64,000 nucleotides of DNA, from positions 17,643 to 81,642 of the forward strand of contig CAYZJS010000087.1 in NCBI GenBank assembly GCA_964478865.1, read 5' to 3'. The position numbers and the translations under genes are program-made. The stretch comes from an uncultured Thermodesulfatator sp. GTDB lineage: Bacteria; Desulfobacterota; Dissulfuribacteria; Dissulfuribacterales; QOAL01. Below the pieces are notes generated by a model. It searched no databases and was not told where the DNA came from. It saw only the letters and a list, made by a program, of their open reading frames with translations. This document shows positions 26,269 to 35,274 of this stretch, one piece after another. The first letter of the stretch is position 1. Every line of letters starts with the position of its first letter.

Positions 26269-27066
26269 ATGAAAACCATCAAGACCATTCTTACAGTAGC
26301 CTGCATAATTGCCGTGACAGCAGGTGTTGCCATGGCCCAGGGCAAGGGCCGTGGCAGTAACGGCGCAGGTCAGTTCATGGCCGGACCAGGAACTATTGTA
26401 TCCCAGCTTCCATACGAGGAGTTGAGCCAGCAGGAAAAGGACGGCCTCCTCAAGATGAGGGAAGAGGAAAAGCTCGCCAGGGATGTATACATGTACCTGT
26501 ACGATTTGTGGCAGAACCCGGTGTTCTCAAACATTTCCAAGTCTGAACAGCGCCACATGGATGCAGTGGGCGCTATCCTGAACAAATACGGCCTGGAAGA
26601 CCCGGTGGACGGTATGGGGCCTGGTCAGTTCAATTCACCCGAGATGCAGGAGCTCTATAGCAGCCTGACTGCAAAAGGCACCTCTAGCATACAGGATGCG
26701 TTTCTTGTGGGAGCAACCATAGAGGATCTCGACATCAAGGACCTGGAAGAGCTTATGGAAACAGCGGACAACGAAGACGTGCTTACCGTCTATCAGAACC
26801 TTGTAAAAGGATCAAGAAACCATCTCAGGGCTTTCGGTTCCCGGCTTGCCAGTCTGGGCATTACCTACAAAGCCCAGTTTCTTACCCAGGAGGAAGTTGA
26901 CGCCATAATCAGCAGCCCTTGGGAAAGAGGCCGGGTTGACAAGGATGGAAATCCCGTCTCCGGCATGGGCAAGGGCCGCAATAAGGGGCACAGGTACGGT
27001 TCCGGAGCCGGTCCCAACTTCGTGGATGCTGATGGAGACGGAATCTGCGACAACTGGAACAAATAA
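26269..27066 (+). CDS. secreted DUF2202 (ferritin-like) protein with Gly-rich ends and a C-terminal D-x-D-G-D-G-x-C-D motif
   Basis: It has a signal peptide. MREEEKLARDVYMYLYDLWQNPVFSNISKSEQRHMDAV matches my memory of DUF2202. The C-terminus is GKGRNKGHRYGSGAGPNFVDADGDGICDNWNK. Confidence 0.7.
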   Translation: MKTIKTILTVACIIAVTAGVAMAQGKGRGSNGAGQFMAGPGTIVSQLPYEELSQQEKDGLLKMREEEKLARDVYMYLYDLWQNPVFSNISKSEQRHMDAVGAILNKYGLEDPVDGMGPGQFNSPEMQELYSSLTAKGTSSIQDAFLVGATIEDLDIKDLEELMETADNEDVLTVYQNLVKGSRNHLRAFGSRLASLGITYKAQFLTQEEVDAIISSPWERGRVDKDGNPVSGMGKGRNKGHRYGSGAGPNFVDADGDGICDNWNK

Positions 27067-27078
27067 AAGATAAATACG

Positions 27079-27103
27079 AAAGGCCCCTTTTTATGGGGCC
27101 TTT
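27079..27103 (+). terminator. hairpin after the DUF2202 gene
   Basis: AAAGGCCCC-tttttat-GGGGCCTTT lies 13 nt after the stop. Confidence 0.5.
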
Positions 27104-27142
27104 CAGTTTAATAACAACTGAAAATTGAAAAAGGAGGATTCC

Positions 27143-27700
27143 ATGAACAAAGACTGTGCAATATTCGTAATGGCACTGGCCATAATCGTCATGCTGGGAT
27201 ATCTTGCACGTTCCGAATGGATTCCGCCGGTTGAAAACAGCCCCCGGGAAACGGTACATTCCATGCCAAGGCATAGCACGGCCAAAAGGGTAACTCACCA
27301 CACACCCAGGGTGAAGAGGCATCAGACATCACGACAAACATATCAAGTCCATCACGTTAGGCCCGCAACCCGCCCAGATATCAGACACGCGGTTTACAAT
27401 ACCTATCAGCCCCGCCGCTCCTATGCCCAGGATCTGGCCGAGTGCAAAATGCTGGCGCAGCGGGCGGCTGGATATGTCCCGGAAGAAACCATTAAAGGTG
27501 GCCTCCTAGGTGGTGCCATCGGTGCAGCAGCAGGAGCAGCCATCGGTGCCGTTTTGGGGCATCCTGGCAAGGGGGCGGCAATTGGAGCAGCAGCAGGAGG
27601 CATAGGCGGAGGTGCCTACAGGGGCCTTTCCTCTGACCAGAAGTACAGGCGAGCCTATTCAGCCTGCATGAGAAACCGGGGATGGAACGTACTGAACTAA
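27143..27700 (+). CDS. glycine-zipper membrane/outer-membrane protein
   Basis: ATG 27143 follows AAGGAGG. A basic His/Arg/Pro-rich linker precedes GGLLGGAIGAAAGAAIGAVLGHPGKGAAIGAAAGGIGGGA, which is a glycine zipper. Confidence 0.65.
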   Translation: MNKDCAIFVMALAIIVMLGYLARSEWIPPVENSPRETVHSMPRHSTAKRVTHHTPRVKRHQTSRQTYQVHHVRPATRPDIRHAVYNTYQPRRSYAQDLAECKMLAQRAAGYVPEETIKGGLLGGAIGAAAGAAIGAVLGHPGKGAAIGAAAGGIGGGAYRGLSSDQKYRRAYSACMRNRGWNVLN

Positions 27701-30468
27701 ACAGTCATGCTGTAATCCGACAGAGGGGCCTTGAGGCAATTTCTAACGGCCCTTAGCAGCTTGTCCGGGCTGAATGGTTTTTTTATCAACAGGACTGGCT
27801 TGAGGCCCTGGCGAATTTCCGAGAGGTCTGCCCTGGAACTGTAGCCGCTGCTGAAAAGTATTCTGGCAGCCGGGTCTGTCTCCAGTATCTTTTTTGAGGC
27901 CTCTATTCCATCCATCTCGGGCATTACCACATCCATCAGGACCAGGCTTACTTCGGGAAACAGGGACTTATATATTGAAACCGCCTCCCTTCCGTTCTTG
28001 GCCATTATGGTCCTGTATCCATGTTGACGCAGAATTTCACTAGCGAGATCCCTTATAAGTTCCTCGTCATCAACTATCAAAATGGTCCCGGTTCCTGACA
28101 AGTTATCATCAGATTTAATATCTCTCATCGAGCCCTTACCCGGTTCGCCAATCGGGAAATAGAGCTCAAAAGAACTCCCGCTGCCAGGAATGGTCTTGAC
28201 GTCAATGGTTCCGCCCAGGCTCTCCAGGATACCGTAAACCATGGCAAGGCCAAGGCCAGAACCCTTGCCCACCTCCTTGGTGGTGAAAAACGGGTCGAAA
28301 ATCCTGTCTATGATTTCCAGGGAAATTCCTGTTCCCGTATCGTTAACCTCCAGTTTAACAAATTTTTCTTCCCTGGAACGATTCCTCAAAGATGCGGGTA
28401 GCGTTTCTTTGGGGCACAGGGAAGTAGAAATCCGGATCTTTCCGCCATGAGGCATGGCATCCCTGGCATTAATACACAGATTGAGGATGATTTGCTGAAG
28501 CTGGGACGGATCACATTTGATTTCCGAAACATTCCCGGCCAGATCGAATTCCAGCCCGATGTTCTTTGGGAACGAACTCTTCAAAAGGGTCAAGGATTCC
28601 TCGATAACATCGTTGATATTGCAAACCGCGTCTTCCTGAGGAGTGGTTTCCCTGCTGAAAACCAGCATCTTCTTAACCAATGCTGCAGCGCGAAGGCTGG
28701 AGTTTTCAATAATCTCTACAAAACGCGCCAGGTCTGGCCTGTCTGCCACCTTTTCCTTTAAAAGAGAGGTAAACCCAAGAATGCCTGTAAGTATGTTGTT
28801 GAAATCGTGAGCAATGCCTCCTGCCATGGTGCCTATGGATTCCATCTTTTGGGCCTGTAGGAGTTTGCGCTCCAATTCCTTCTGGCTTGAAAGATCAGTG
28901 ACCACGGCCAGGCAACCCAGCATGCTGCCATTATTGGGATCCTGTATGGGGACACTGCTCATTAGAACGGGGATGTCCTTGTCATCGGTGGCATGAAAAA
29001 GGATTTCCTCCTTTGCCTGAAGGCCGGAATAGTTGGCCATGAGGAGGGAAAGAAGCCTCCTTTTTTCATCCCTGTCAGGTACGAAATCGTAGATCCTCGA
29101 ACCTGTCAGGTCGTCTTTGCCAACGAGCCTGTTCATCTTCATGTTGGAGAAGATAACAGTCCCTTCCTCGTTCATTATCATGATGCCTTCATTTATGTTT
29201 TCAACAATCTGCCTGTGCTTCTTTTCAGAGGTTTCGATTTTTTTGTACAGGTTGGCATTTTCTATTGCCATGGCAATGTGATTGGCAAAACTGGTGAGAA
29301 AATCCCTGTCGATCTCCTTTATGAAGTTCTTGTCAGATGCATTGTCTCCCACCATGATTCCCACCACCTGCCCTCTTACGGCCATGGGTACAATAACAAA
29401 GGCCTTTGGCTGAAATGCCACCAGCAGGGGATTTTTCCTGTTGAGGGACAGTGAACCCGCATCTTCCACCAGGATGGGTTTCTGTGCCTGGGCAGCCCTT
29501 GCTATGATATTGTTTTTCTTGTCAATGGAGATGCGATAGCACTTGAGCCTCTTAAGCGTATCCTCGTCTACACCGGCTGCATGAATAAGGCTTAGCTTTC
29601 GGCTTTCCTGATCCACCAGGAAGACACCGGCCCTTTCGAGCCTTGCAATATCCATCATCCGCTTGAGCACCCTGTCGAGCAACTCGGTAAGATCAAGGGT
29701 GGACAGTATGGCCGTGCTTGTTTCATGCAGTGCTGAAAGCTGTTCAATCTTGCCCTGCAGATCCTTGTTCAGGGCATAGATCTTTTCATATTTTTCCTGG
29801 AGGAGTTTCTTGTCCTTTTCCAGCTCACGGACAGATTCCCTGGCTATCTTCCAGGGTGCAACGATCTGAAAGACCTTGCTCCTGAATCTGGACTGGGGTT
29901 TCCATGAGATATGGTACTCGCAATAGGGTGCGCCCTTGAAAAAACACTTGGGCTCTTCAATACTGCAGGCGCCCCCACCCCATATTGAAGGCATGGCGGA
30001 ATAGATCCCCTTGTTGAAAAGGCAGAAGTCACGGTTCAGTTCGATGTCCTCGTTCCAGTGCAGCCTGACCACGGCATCCTTCTTCTCAAGGCTTACCAGG
30101 GAGATAGTTTTGGTCCTGTTGAACTTGTCATTGATTCTTTGGGCATAGCCCAAAATATTCTTGGGACTCCCCAAGGCATAAACCAGTATCTTCTGGACAT
30201 AGCCGAACCTCTTTTTCATTACGGAATGGTATCCTATGTTGTAGGCAATATTTTCATCCCCTAGGATCTTTTTTGCGTTTCGATAAAGTATCATCATAAC
30301 AGTGGATGATACCCAGTTATTGGGATCCGAGAGAAATGACTCCTTGTCGTCGATACCATACAATTCTTTATCCAGGCCGCTAAACAGCATACCCGTCTTG
30401 TCAGGCGCCAGTTCCTTGACATACTGGATAATCGCAAGACTATTTAAACAGCTGTTATGCTTTTCCAT
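27697..30468 (-). CDS. hybrid sensor kinase: N-terminal ligand-binding domain (V4R-like?), coiled coil, GAF, PAS, HisKA, HATPase, REC
   Basis: The H-box is [14 protein letters not shown] and the G-box is [13 protein letters not shown]. The REC domain is [12 protein letters not shown]...[11 protein letters not shown]. The N-terminal domain ends in [22 protein letters not shown]. Confidence 0.85.
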   Translation of the reverse strand: MEKHNSCLNSLAIIQYVKELAPDKTGMLFSGLDKELYGIDDKESFLSDPNNWVSSTVMMILYRNAKKILGDENIAYNIGYHSVMKKRFGYVQKILVYALGSPKNILGYAQRINDKFNRTKTISLVSLEKKDAVVRLHWNEDIELNRDFCLFNKGIYSAMPSIWGGGACSIEEPKCFFKGAPYCEYHISWKPQSRFRSKVFQIVAPWKIARESVRELEKDKKLLQEKYEKIYALNKDLQGKIEQLSALHETSTAILSTLDLTELLDRVLKRMMDIARLERAGVFLVDQESRKLSLIHAAGVDEDTLKRLKCYRISIDKKNNIIARAAQAQKPILVEDAGSLSLNRKNPLLVAFQPKAFVIVPMAVRGQVVGIMVGDNASDKNFIKEIDRDFLTSFANHIAMAIENANLYKKIETSEKKHRQIVENINEGIMIMNEEGTVIFSNMKMNRLVGKDDLTGSRIYDFVPDRDEKRRLLSLLMANYSGLQAKEEILFHATDDKDIPVLMSSVPIQDPNNGSMLGCLAVVTDLSSQKELERKLLQAQKMESIGTMAGGIAHDFNNILTGILGFTSLLKEKVADRPDLARFVEIIENSSLRAAALVKKMLVFSRETTPQEDAVCNINDVIEESLTLLKSSFPKNIGLEFDLAGNVSEIKCDPSQLQQIILNLCINARDAMPHGGKIRISTSLCPKETLPASLRNRSREEKFVKLEVNDTGTGISLEIIDRIFDPFFTTKEVGKGSGLGLAMVYGILESLGGTIDVKTIPGSGSSFELYFPIGEPGKGSMRDIKSDDNLSGTGTILIVDDEELIRDLASEILRQHGYRTIMAKNGREAVSIYKSLFPEVSLVLMDVVMPEMDGIEASKKILETDPAARILFSSGYSSRADLSEIRQGLKPVLLIKKPFSPDKLLRAVRNCLKAPLSDYSMTV

Positions 30469-30643
30469 TTCTGATTTTATGTACCGACAACGTCAACGTG
30501 CCTTGGCACGCTGAGCCCACTAGAAAATTTTTTGAATAAATCCGGCTCCAGCCCTTCAAAAAATATGTTTTTTCATATATTACATAAACTATATATATCG
30601 GGAATATGCTGCCACAACTTTAATTTTGGTTAATTGTAATCTT

Positions 30644-30658
30644 TGGCACTTTTCCTGC
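30644..30658 (+). promoter_or_regulatory. candidate sigma54 -24/-12 promoter
   Basis: TGGCAC-ttttc-CTGC (GG-N10-GC) lies 96 nt upstream of ATG 30755. I saw no matching enhancer nearby. Confidence 0.4.
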
Positions 30659-30754
30659 TGTCTTTCTTATTTGGGATTGACAAAAAGGGGGAATCCAAAC
30701 CATCGGAAAAAACGGGTCGTCTATACCAAGGGTTCCAAACCAAAGGAGGAAGCC

Positions 30755-31741
30755 ATGAACCATCTAAAACAATTCACCAATATGGGTATTAGCCAATTTT
30801 TCCAGCTCCAGTTTAACGTTTACCTTGCAAGAAACCTACCTCTTTCAGCCCTTAGGGCCTATATGTACCTCTGGGGGCTAATATACATGGTAATCAAAAT
30901 CCAGATGTGTGCCAACATAGCTGTTTGCCTTTCCATCATGAAAAGCGGCAGAAACATTCCCATGCCCCTGCTCCTAAACCTCGCCAGGGCTATCGGTGGA
31001 ATATTTGAACATTATCTTGAAAAACTGGTTATGGCGCACCGTCCCCTGGAGGAAACGACCAGGTATCTCCAGGAAAAACTCACCATCACCAACAGGCATA
31101 TGCTGGATGTCCTGGCACGCCAAGGCAAGGGTGCCATACTTGTTACCGGACACTTTGGAGCAGTGGAATATCTTCCCCTGGCCATGGCAATGAATGGCTA
31201 CAAGATATCCATGATATGCCGTTTCAAGACAAAACGCCTCAAGAGGGCCCTGACCGAAAAGGCAGAAAAATTTGGGGTACAGCTCATTGATGCTGACGAA
31301 CCAAGGGTAGCTTTCAGGGCATTGAAGGCCATCAAGGACGGCAGGTTTCTGATTACAGAATGTGACGAGTTCTCGGAATGGCGCTTTCATAAAAACCAGA
31401 AGGTAGATGTCTTCGGAAGAATCATGCCCAGGGACCGGACCTTGGATTTCTTTTTCAAGAAGGCCAGGGTGCCCGCGTTCATGACCCTGGTGCAGAGGGA
31501 CGGAGACCGTTTCAGGCTATCGGTTGATTTCCTGGCCGATGGCAGTGAGTGCACTTCTGTTTCAGCATGTGCCTGGGCAAAACTTGAAGAGTATATTTCC
31601 AAATACCCTTTTCAGTGGTATCAGATAAAGGGAGCATCTAAATTCATCCTGGAGCACAGTATTGAAGCAGACAGAGTTGACACTAAAGCGAACAAGGATA
31701 TACAGGGTACAGATTCCATTTTCAGTCCGAGTTACTCATAG
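30755..31741 (+). CDS. LpxL/HtrB-family lysophospholipid/lipid A acyltransferase
   Basis: Start moved to MNHLKQFTNMG, behind AAGGAGGAAG. GKGAILVTGHFGAVEYLP contains the H-x4-E/D acyltransferase motif. Confidence 0.65.
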   Translation: MNHLKQFTNMGISQFFQLQFNVYLARNLPLSALRAYMYLWGLIYMVIKIQMCANIAVCLSIMKSGRNIPMPLLLNLARAIGGIFEHYLEKLVMAHRPLEETTRYLQEKLTITNRHMLDVLARQGKGAILVTGHFGAVEYLPLAMAMNGYKISMICRFKTKRLKRALTEKAEKFGVQLIDADEPRVAFRALKAIKDGRFLITECDEFSEWRFHKNQKVDVFGRIMPRDRTLDFFFKKARVPAFMTLVQRDGDRFRLSVDFLADGSECTSVSACAWAKLEEYISKYPFQWYQIKGASKFILEHSIEADRVDTKANKDIQGTDSIFSPSYS

Positions 31742-32816
31742 CCTTGCAGAGAGGAAAAAGAGTCTAGGCTTCATTGTTGAAATTGAAGACAGAGAGGGTC
31801 AGAAGGGCTTTGGGGAAGGAACCCCCAGGGATTATGTTACCGGAGAGAAAGCAGCGGCCTCGGAAGATGCCGCTGCCGAGCTTTCCAGGTACCTGACAGG
31901 ACAGCACGTCAAGGGGCGGGGGCAGCTTTTCACCCTCCTGGAACAGGTGGGCTCAATGCCCCTGGCTCGAGAGTACCCGTCGGCTCTTTGTGCACTGGAA
32001 ATAGCCCTCCTGGATCTTTTCGCCAGAAAGGCCGACGTTCCCATCTGGAAGCTTTTTAACCAGCACCCTTCAGTCAGCAGCATTACGTATTCTTCAGTCC
32101 TTCCCCTTTTGTCCCTGGATCAGCTGGAAAAATTCCTGGGACTTACGAAAAGATACGGAATCAGGCAGGTAAAGGCCAAGGTTTCCGACAAAAGGCAGGC
32201 TCAAAGGCTTGCAAGGGATATTTTTAGCATTATGGGCCAGGAAACAGACCTGAGGCTGGATGCCAATGGTGCATTCCAGTGGCAGGAGGCCGTGGAAATA
32301 GTAGGAATCTTCCAAAGGGAGCAGCTGAAGATCTCGGCATTCGAGCAGCCGGTTCCAAAGGAGGACCTTGAAGGACTGAGAAGCGTAGAAAAAAACTCTG
32401 GCATACCTGTTATTGCAGACGAATCGGCATGCAGCCTTGAAGACATGGCCGCCATCATAACCAGGGGCCTTTGTTCAGGGCTAAGCATCAGGCTTTCAAA
32501 GTGTGGAGGCATCCTGAAATCTTTACAAGCAGTGAACATGGCCAGGAGGGCTAAGCTGTTTTGCCAGCTGGGATGCCACGTTGGAGAGACCTCCATACTT
32601 GCCGCTGCAGGTAGGCACCTTGCTGCCATCTGCGGCCCATTCAGGTTCACCGAGGGGAGTTATTCCACATTTCTGCTGGAAACAGATGTCAGCGAGGAGC
32701 CCTGCAGTTTCTCTGCTGGGGGCCGTGCCACCATTCCGGAGGGCCCCGGCCTGGGTATTGACATCTCTCCTTCCCTGCTGAAATCTTGCGCTGAAGAAAT
32801 CTCCGAGGCAGCTTGA
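31662..32816 (+). CDS. enolase-superfamily enzyme (mandelate racemase/muconate lactonizing or dipeptide-epimerase-like)
   Basis: TTG start. The metal ligands follow the DLRLDANGAF, FEQPVPKEDLEGL and PVIADES pattern. The start overlaps the upstream gene by 80 nt. Confidence 0.8.
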   Translation: MKQTELTLKRTRIYRVQIPFSVRVTHSLAERKKSLGFIVEIEDREGQKGFGEGTPRDYVTGEKAAASEDAAAELSRYLTGQHVKGRGQLFTLLEQVGSMPLAREYPSALCALEIALLDLFARKADVPIWKLFNQHPSVSSITYSSVLPLLSLDQLEKFLGLTKRYGIRQVKAKVSDKRQAQRLARDIFSIMGQETDLRLDANGAFQWQEAVEIVGIFQREQLKISAFEQPVPKEDLEGLRSVEKNSGIPVIADESACSLEDMAAIITRGLCSGLSIRLSKCGGILKSLQAVNMARRAKLFCQLGCHVGETSILAAAGRHLAAICGPFRFTEGSYSTFLLETDVSEEPCSFSAGGRATIPEGPGLGIDISPSLLKSCAEEISEAA

Positions 32817-32876
32817 CACCTGCTGGCCTGCCGACATGAAAAACAAGCCCATGACCTTTAAATCCAAAATGGCGAA

Positions 32877-33833
32877 ATGAACACTCTCGCCGCGCCTGTC
32901 CTTCAGCTGCTCTGCGGCCTCGTGCTGCTGGTTCTTTGCGCCGAATGGCTGACAGGCACGTCCGTCAAGCTTGCCAGGGCCCTGGGCATAAAGCCCGTGG
33001 TTATAGGCCTTACCATCATCGCCTTTGGAACATCGGCACCTGAACTGTTTGTTTCCCTCATAGCGGCCTTTGAAGGGCAGCCTGATATTGCCGTGGGAAA
33101 CGTGGTGGGCAGCAATATCGCCAACATCGGCCTCATACTGGGAATAGGGGCACTTGTTAGCCCTTTCTCCATTCCGAAAAGAATAGTCAGGATTGAGCTA
33201 CCATTCCTGGGGATTTCCATCCTGGGGCTTGCTGCTGCAGCACTTCTGGGTGAGATCTGCCGCATAACCGCCGCCTTTTTTTTCGCCTTTTTCCTGTGCT
33301 ATTTATACGTCCTCTGGCATTATAAGACAGGACTTCTTGCCACCAATGAACCGGGAGCTCCTGCCGTGGCATCAGGCGAAAATCCCAGGTTTCTCCTGAG
33401 GGCCGTGATAATAGTTTCAAGCATGGGGGGGCTGATTGCAGGATCAAAACTGTTGATACACGGTTCAGTTGACATCGCCCGTTTCTTTAACTGCCCTGAA
33501 CTGATCATCGGCCTTACCCTGACGGCCATAGGCACATCCCTGCCGGAACTTGCCAGCACCCTGTCTGCAGCAAGGAGGAAACAAGGCGGGCTCATAATCG
33601 GCAACGTGCTAGGCAGCAACTTTGCCAATACCTGCGCGGTCCTTGGGACCACAGGACTCATACAGCCCATCCAGATAAATCACCAGATACTGGTGAGGGA
33701 TCTGCCGGTTATGGCCGCGCTCAGCCTGGCCCTCGTGCCCATCAGCAAGAGAAAATTCATCGAGAGGAAAGAAGGATTCTTGCTGGTTCTTGCCTATTTC
33801 ACTTATATCCTGTTACTTTATTTGAAAATTTGA
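32877..33833 (+). CDS. CaCA-family Na+/Ca2+ exchanger (YrbG-like)
   Basis: The two alpha-repeats are GTSAPELFVSL...GNVVGSNIANIGL and GTSLPELASTL...GNVLGSNFANT. Confidence 0.85.
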   Translation: MNTLAAPVLQLLCGLVLLVLCAEWLTGTSVKLARALGIKPVVIGLTIIAFGTSAPELFVSLIAAFEGQPDIAVGNVVGSNIANIGLILGIGALVSPFSIPKRIVRIELPFLGISILGLAAAALLGEICRITAAFFFAFFLCYLYVLWHYKTGLLATNEPGAPAVASGENPRFLLRAVIIVSSMGGLIAGSKLLIHGSVDIARFFNCPELIIGLTLTAIGTSLPELASTLSAARRKQGGLIIGNVLGSNFANTCAVLGTTGLIQPIQINHQILVRDLPVMAALSLALVPISKRKFIERKEGFLLVLAYFTYILLLYLKI

Positions 33834-34053
33834 CAGTTATCCCTTATAACGTAACAGACTGCCCGAACAGGTAAGCAGATACCGCCCGCACATTCTTTAA
33901 CAACTCCCGGGCAGAACCGGTTTTTTGGGTCTTTTGTCCCTGCATGACTACTGGGAGGAGTCGGAGAGAGATCACAAGAGACCCAAGGGAGTGTTCAATA
34001 AGCAGGGAGATACCGATAAGGCTTTAAGAAACAACACTTAAAGGGAGGGAAAA

Positions 34054-35274
34054 ATGTTTGACAAATCCACCAGATGTTTGGCCTTGATCATGTTCCTCGG
34101 TACACTTTTTTTCGCATCGCAGGCATATTCAGCAGGTTTCCAGCTCTTCAGCGAGCTGTCTGCCCGGGGAACAGCCATGGGAGGGGCCCTTACGGCAAGG
34201 GATGACATTGCAGAAGCCGCCTGGTTCAATCCCGCTGCCGTCAGTATGCTGGACGGGTTCAAGTTCAGCACCGGTACGGCCATGGTGATACCCCAGATGA
34301 AGTTACAGCAGGATGACCACGAATACGGCATGAAAGACAAGGTGTACCCTGTTCCTCACGTGTACGCGGCCATGCCCTTTGCCGACAAGTTCGGCGTTTC
34401 CATGTCGGTGAACGTCCCCTACGGGCTTACCACCGAATGGGCCAATGACTGGCCGGGGAAATATTATGCAGTCTACACGGAGCTCAGGTGCCTTTTCCTG
34501 TCGCCTGCCCTGTCCTTCAAGCCCTACGACTGGATCGCCTTTGGTGTTGGGCCTAACCTGGTATATGCCACTGCGGACATGAGAAAGGCCGTTACGCCCA
34601 AGGTCCCCGGTCTCAAGACCAACATGAAGGGCACTGACTGGGCCTATGGCTACACCCTTTCCATGCTGCTAAAACCATACGAGAACTGGACCCTCGGAGT
34701 GACCTACCATTCCCAGGTGGATATCGACTTTGACGGAACCGCAAAGTACAACATGAAGCTTCCGCCGTTTCCAAATTCTAGAATGTGGTTGGACGTGACC
34801 CTGCCCCGAACGGTCACTGTCGGCATCTCTACTACTGCCCTCAAGAATTGGAACTTCACTGCAGACTTCGTTTGGACCGACTGGTCAAGCTATGATTCGC
34901 TTGATTTCGAATACGAAAAGACCCCGGGGCTCGGCAAACCGGGAGTAGTCAGTGTTCCCAGGAACTGGGAGGATGCGTGGGCATTCAGGTTTGGCGCCGA
35001 GTACACCCTTAACGACCAGTGGCAACTCAGGGGAGGGTTCTTATACGACCAGTCTCCCATAAAAAATGAATGGAGAGAGCCTACCCTGCCCACCAATGAC
35101 CGCTGGGCCTTCTCAGTGGGCACCGGATGGAACTACAAGCAGTTTGGAGTAGATGCAGCCTACTGTTACGTGCTTGTGGAAAACGGAGGCACATCCAAGC
35201 TGACACCCGGCCTGGACGGAACATACAAGGGCCAGGCCCACGTGATCAATCTGTCCCTTAGATGGAGCTACTAA
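34054..35274 (+). CDS. fadL: FadL/TodX-family outer-membrane long-chain fatty acid/hydrophobic compound channel
   Basis: After the signal peptide comes SAGFQLFSELSARGTAMGGALTARDD, the typical FadL N-terminal hatch. The terminal sequence is LSLRWSY. Confidence 0.8.
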   Translation: MFDKSTRCLALIMFLGTLFFASQAYSAGFQLFSELSARGTAMGGALTARDDIAEAAWFNPAAVSMLDGFKFSTGTAMVIPQMKLQQDDHEYGMKDKVYPVPHVYAAMPFADKFGVSMSVNVPYGLTTEWANDWPGKYYAVYTELRCLFLSPALSFKPYDWIAFGVGPNLVYATADMRKAVTPKVPGLKTNMKGTDWAYGYTLSMLLKPYENWTLGVTYHSQVDIDFDGTAKYNMKLPPFPNSRMWLDVTLPRTVTVGISTTALKNWNFTADFVWTDWSSYDSLDFEYEKTPGLGKPGVVSVPRNWEDAWAFRFGAEYTLNDQWQLRGGFLYDQSPIKNEWREPTLPTNDRWAFSVGTGWNYKQFGVDAAYCYVLVENGGTSKLTPGLDGTYKGQAHVINLSLRWSY

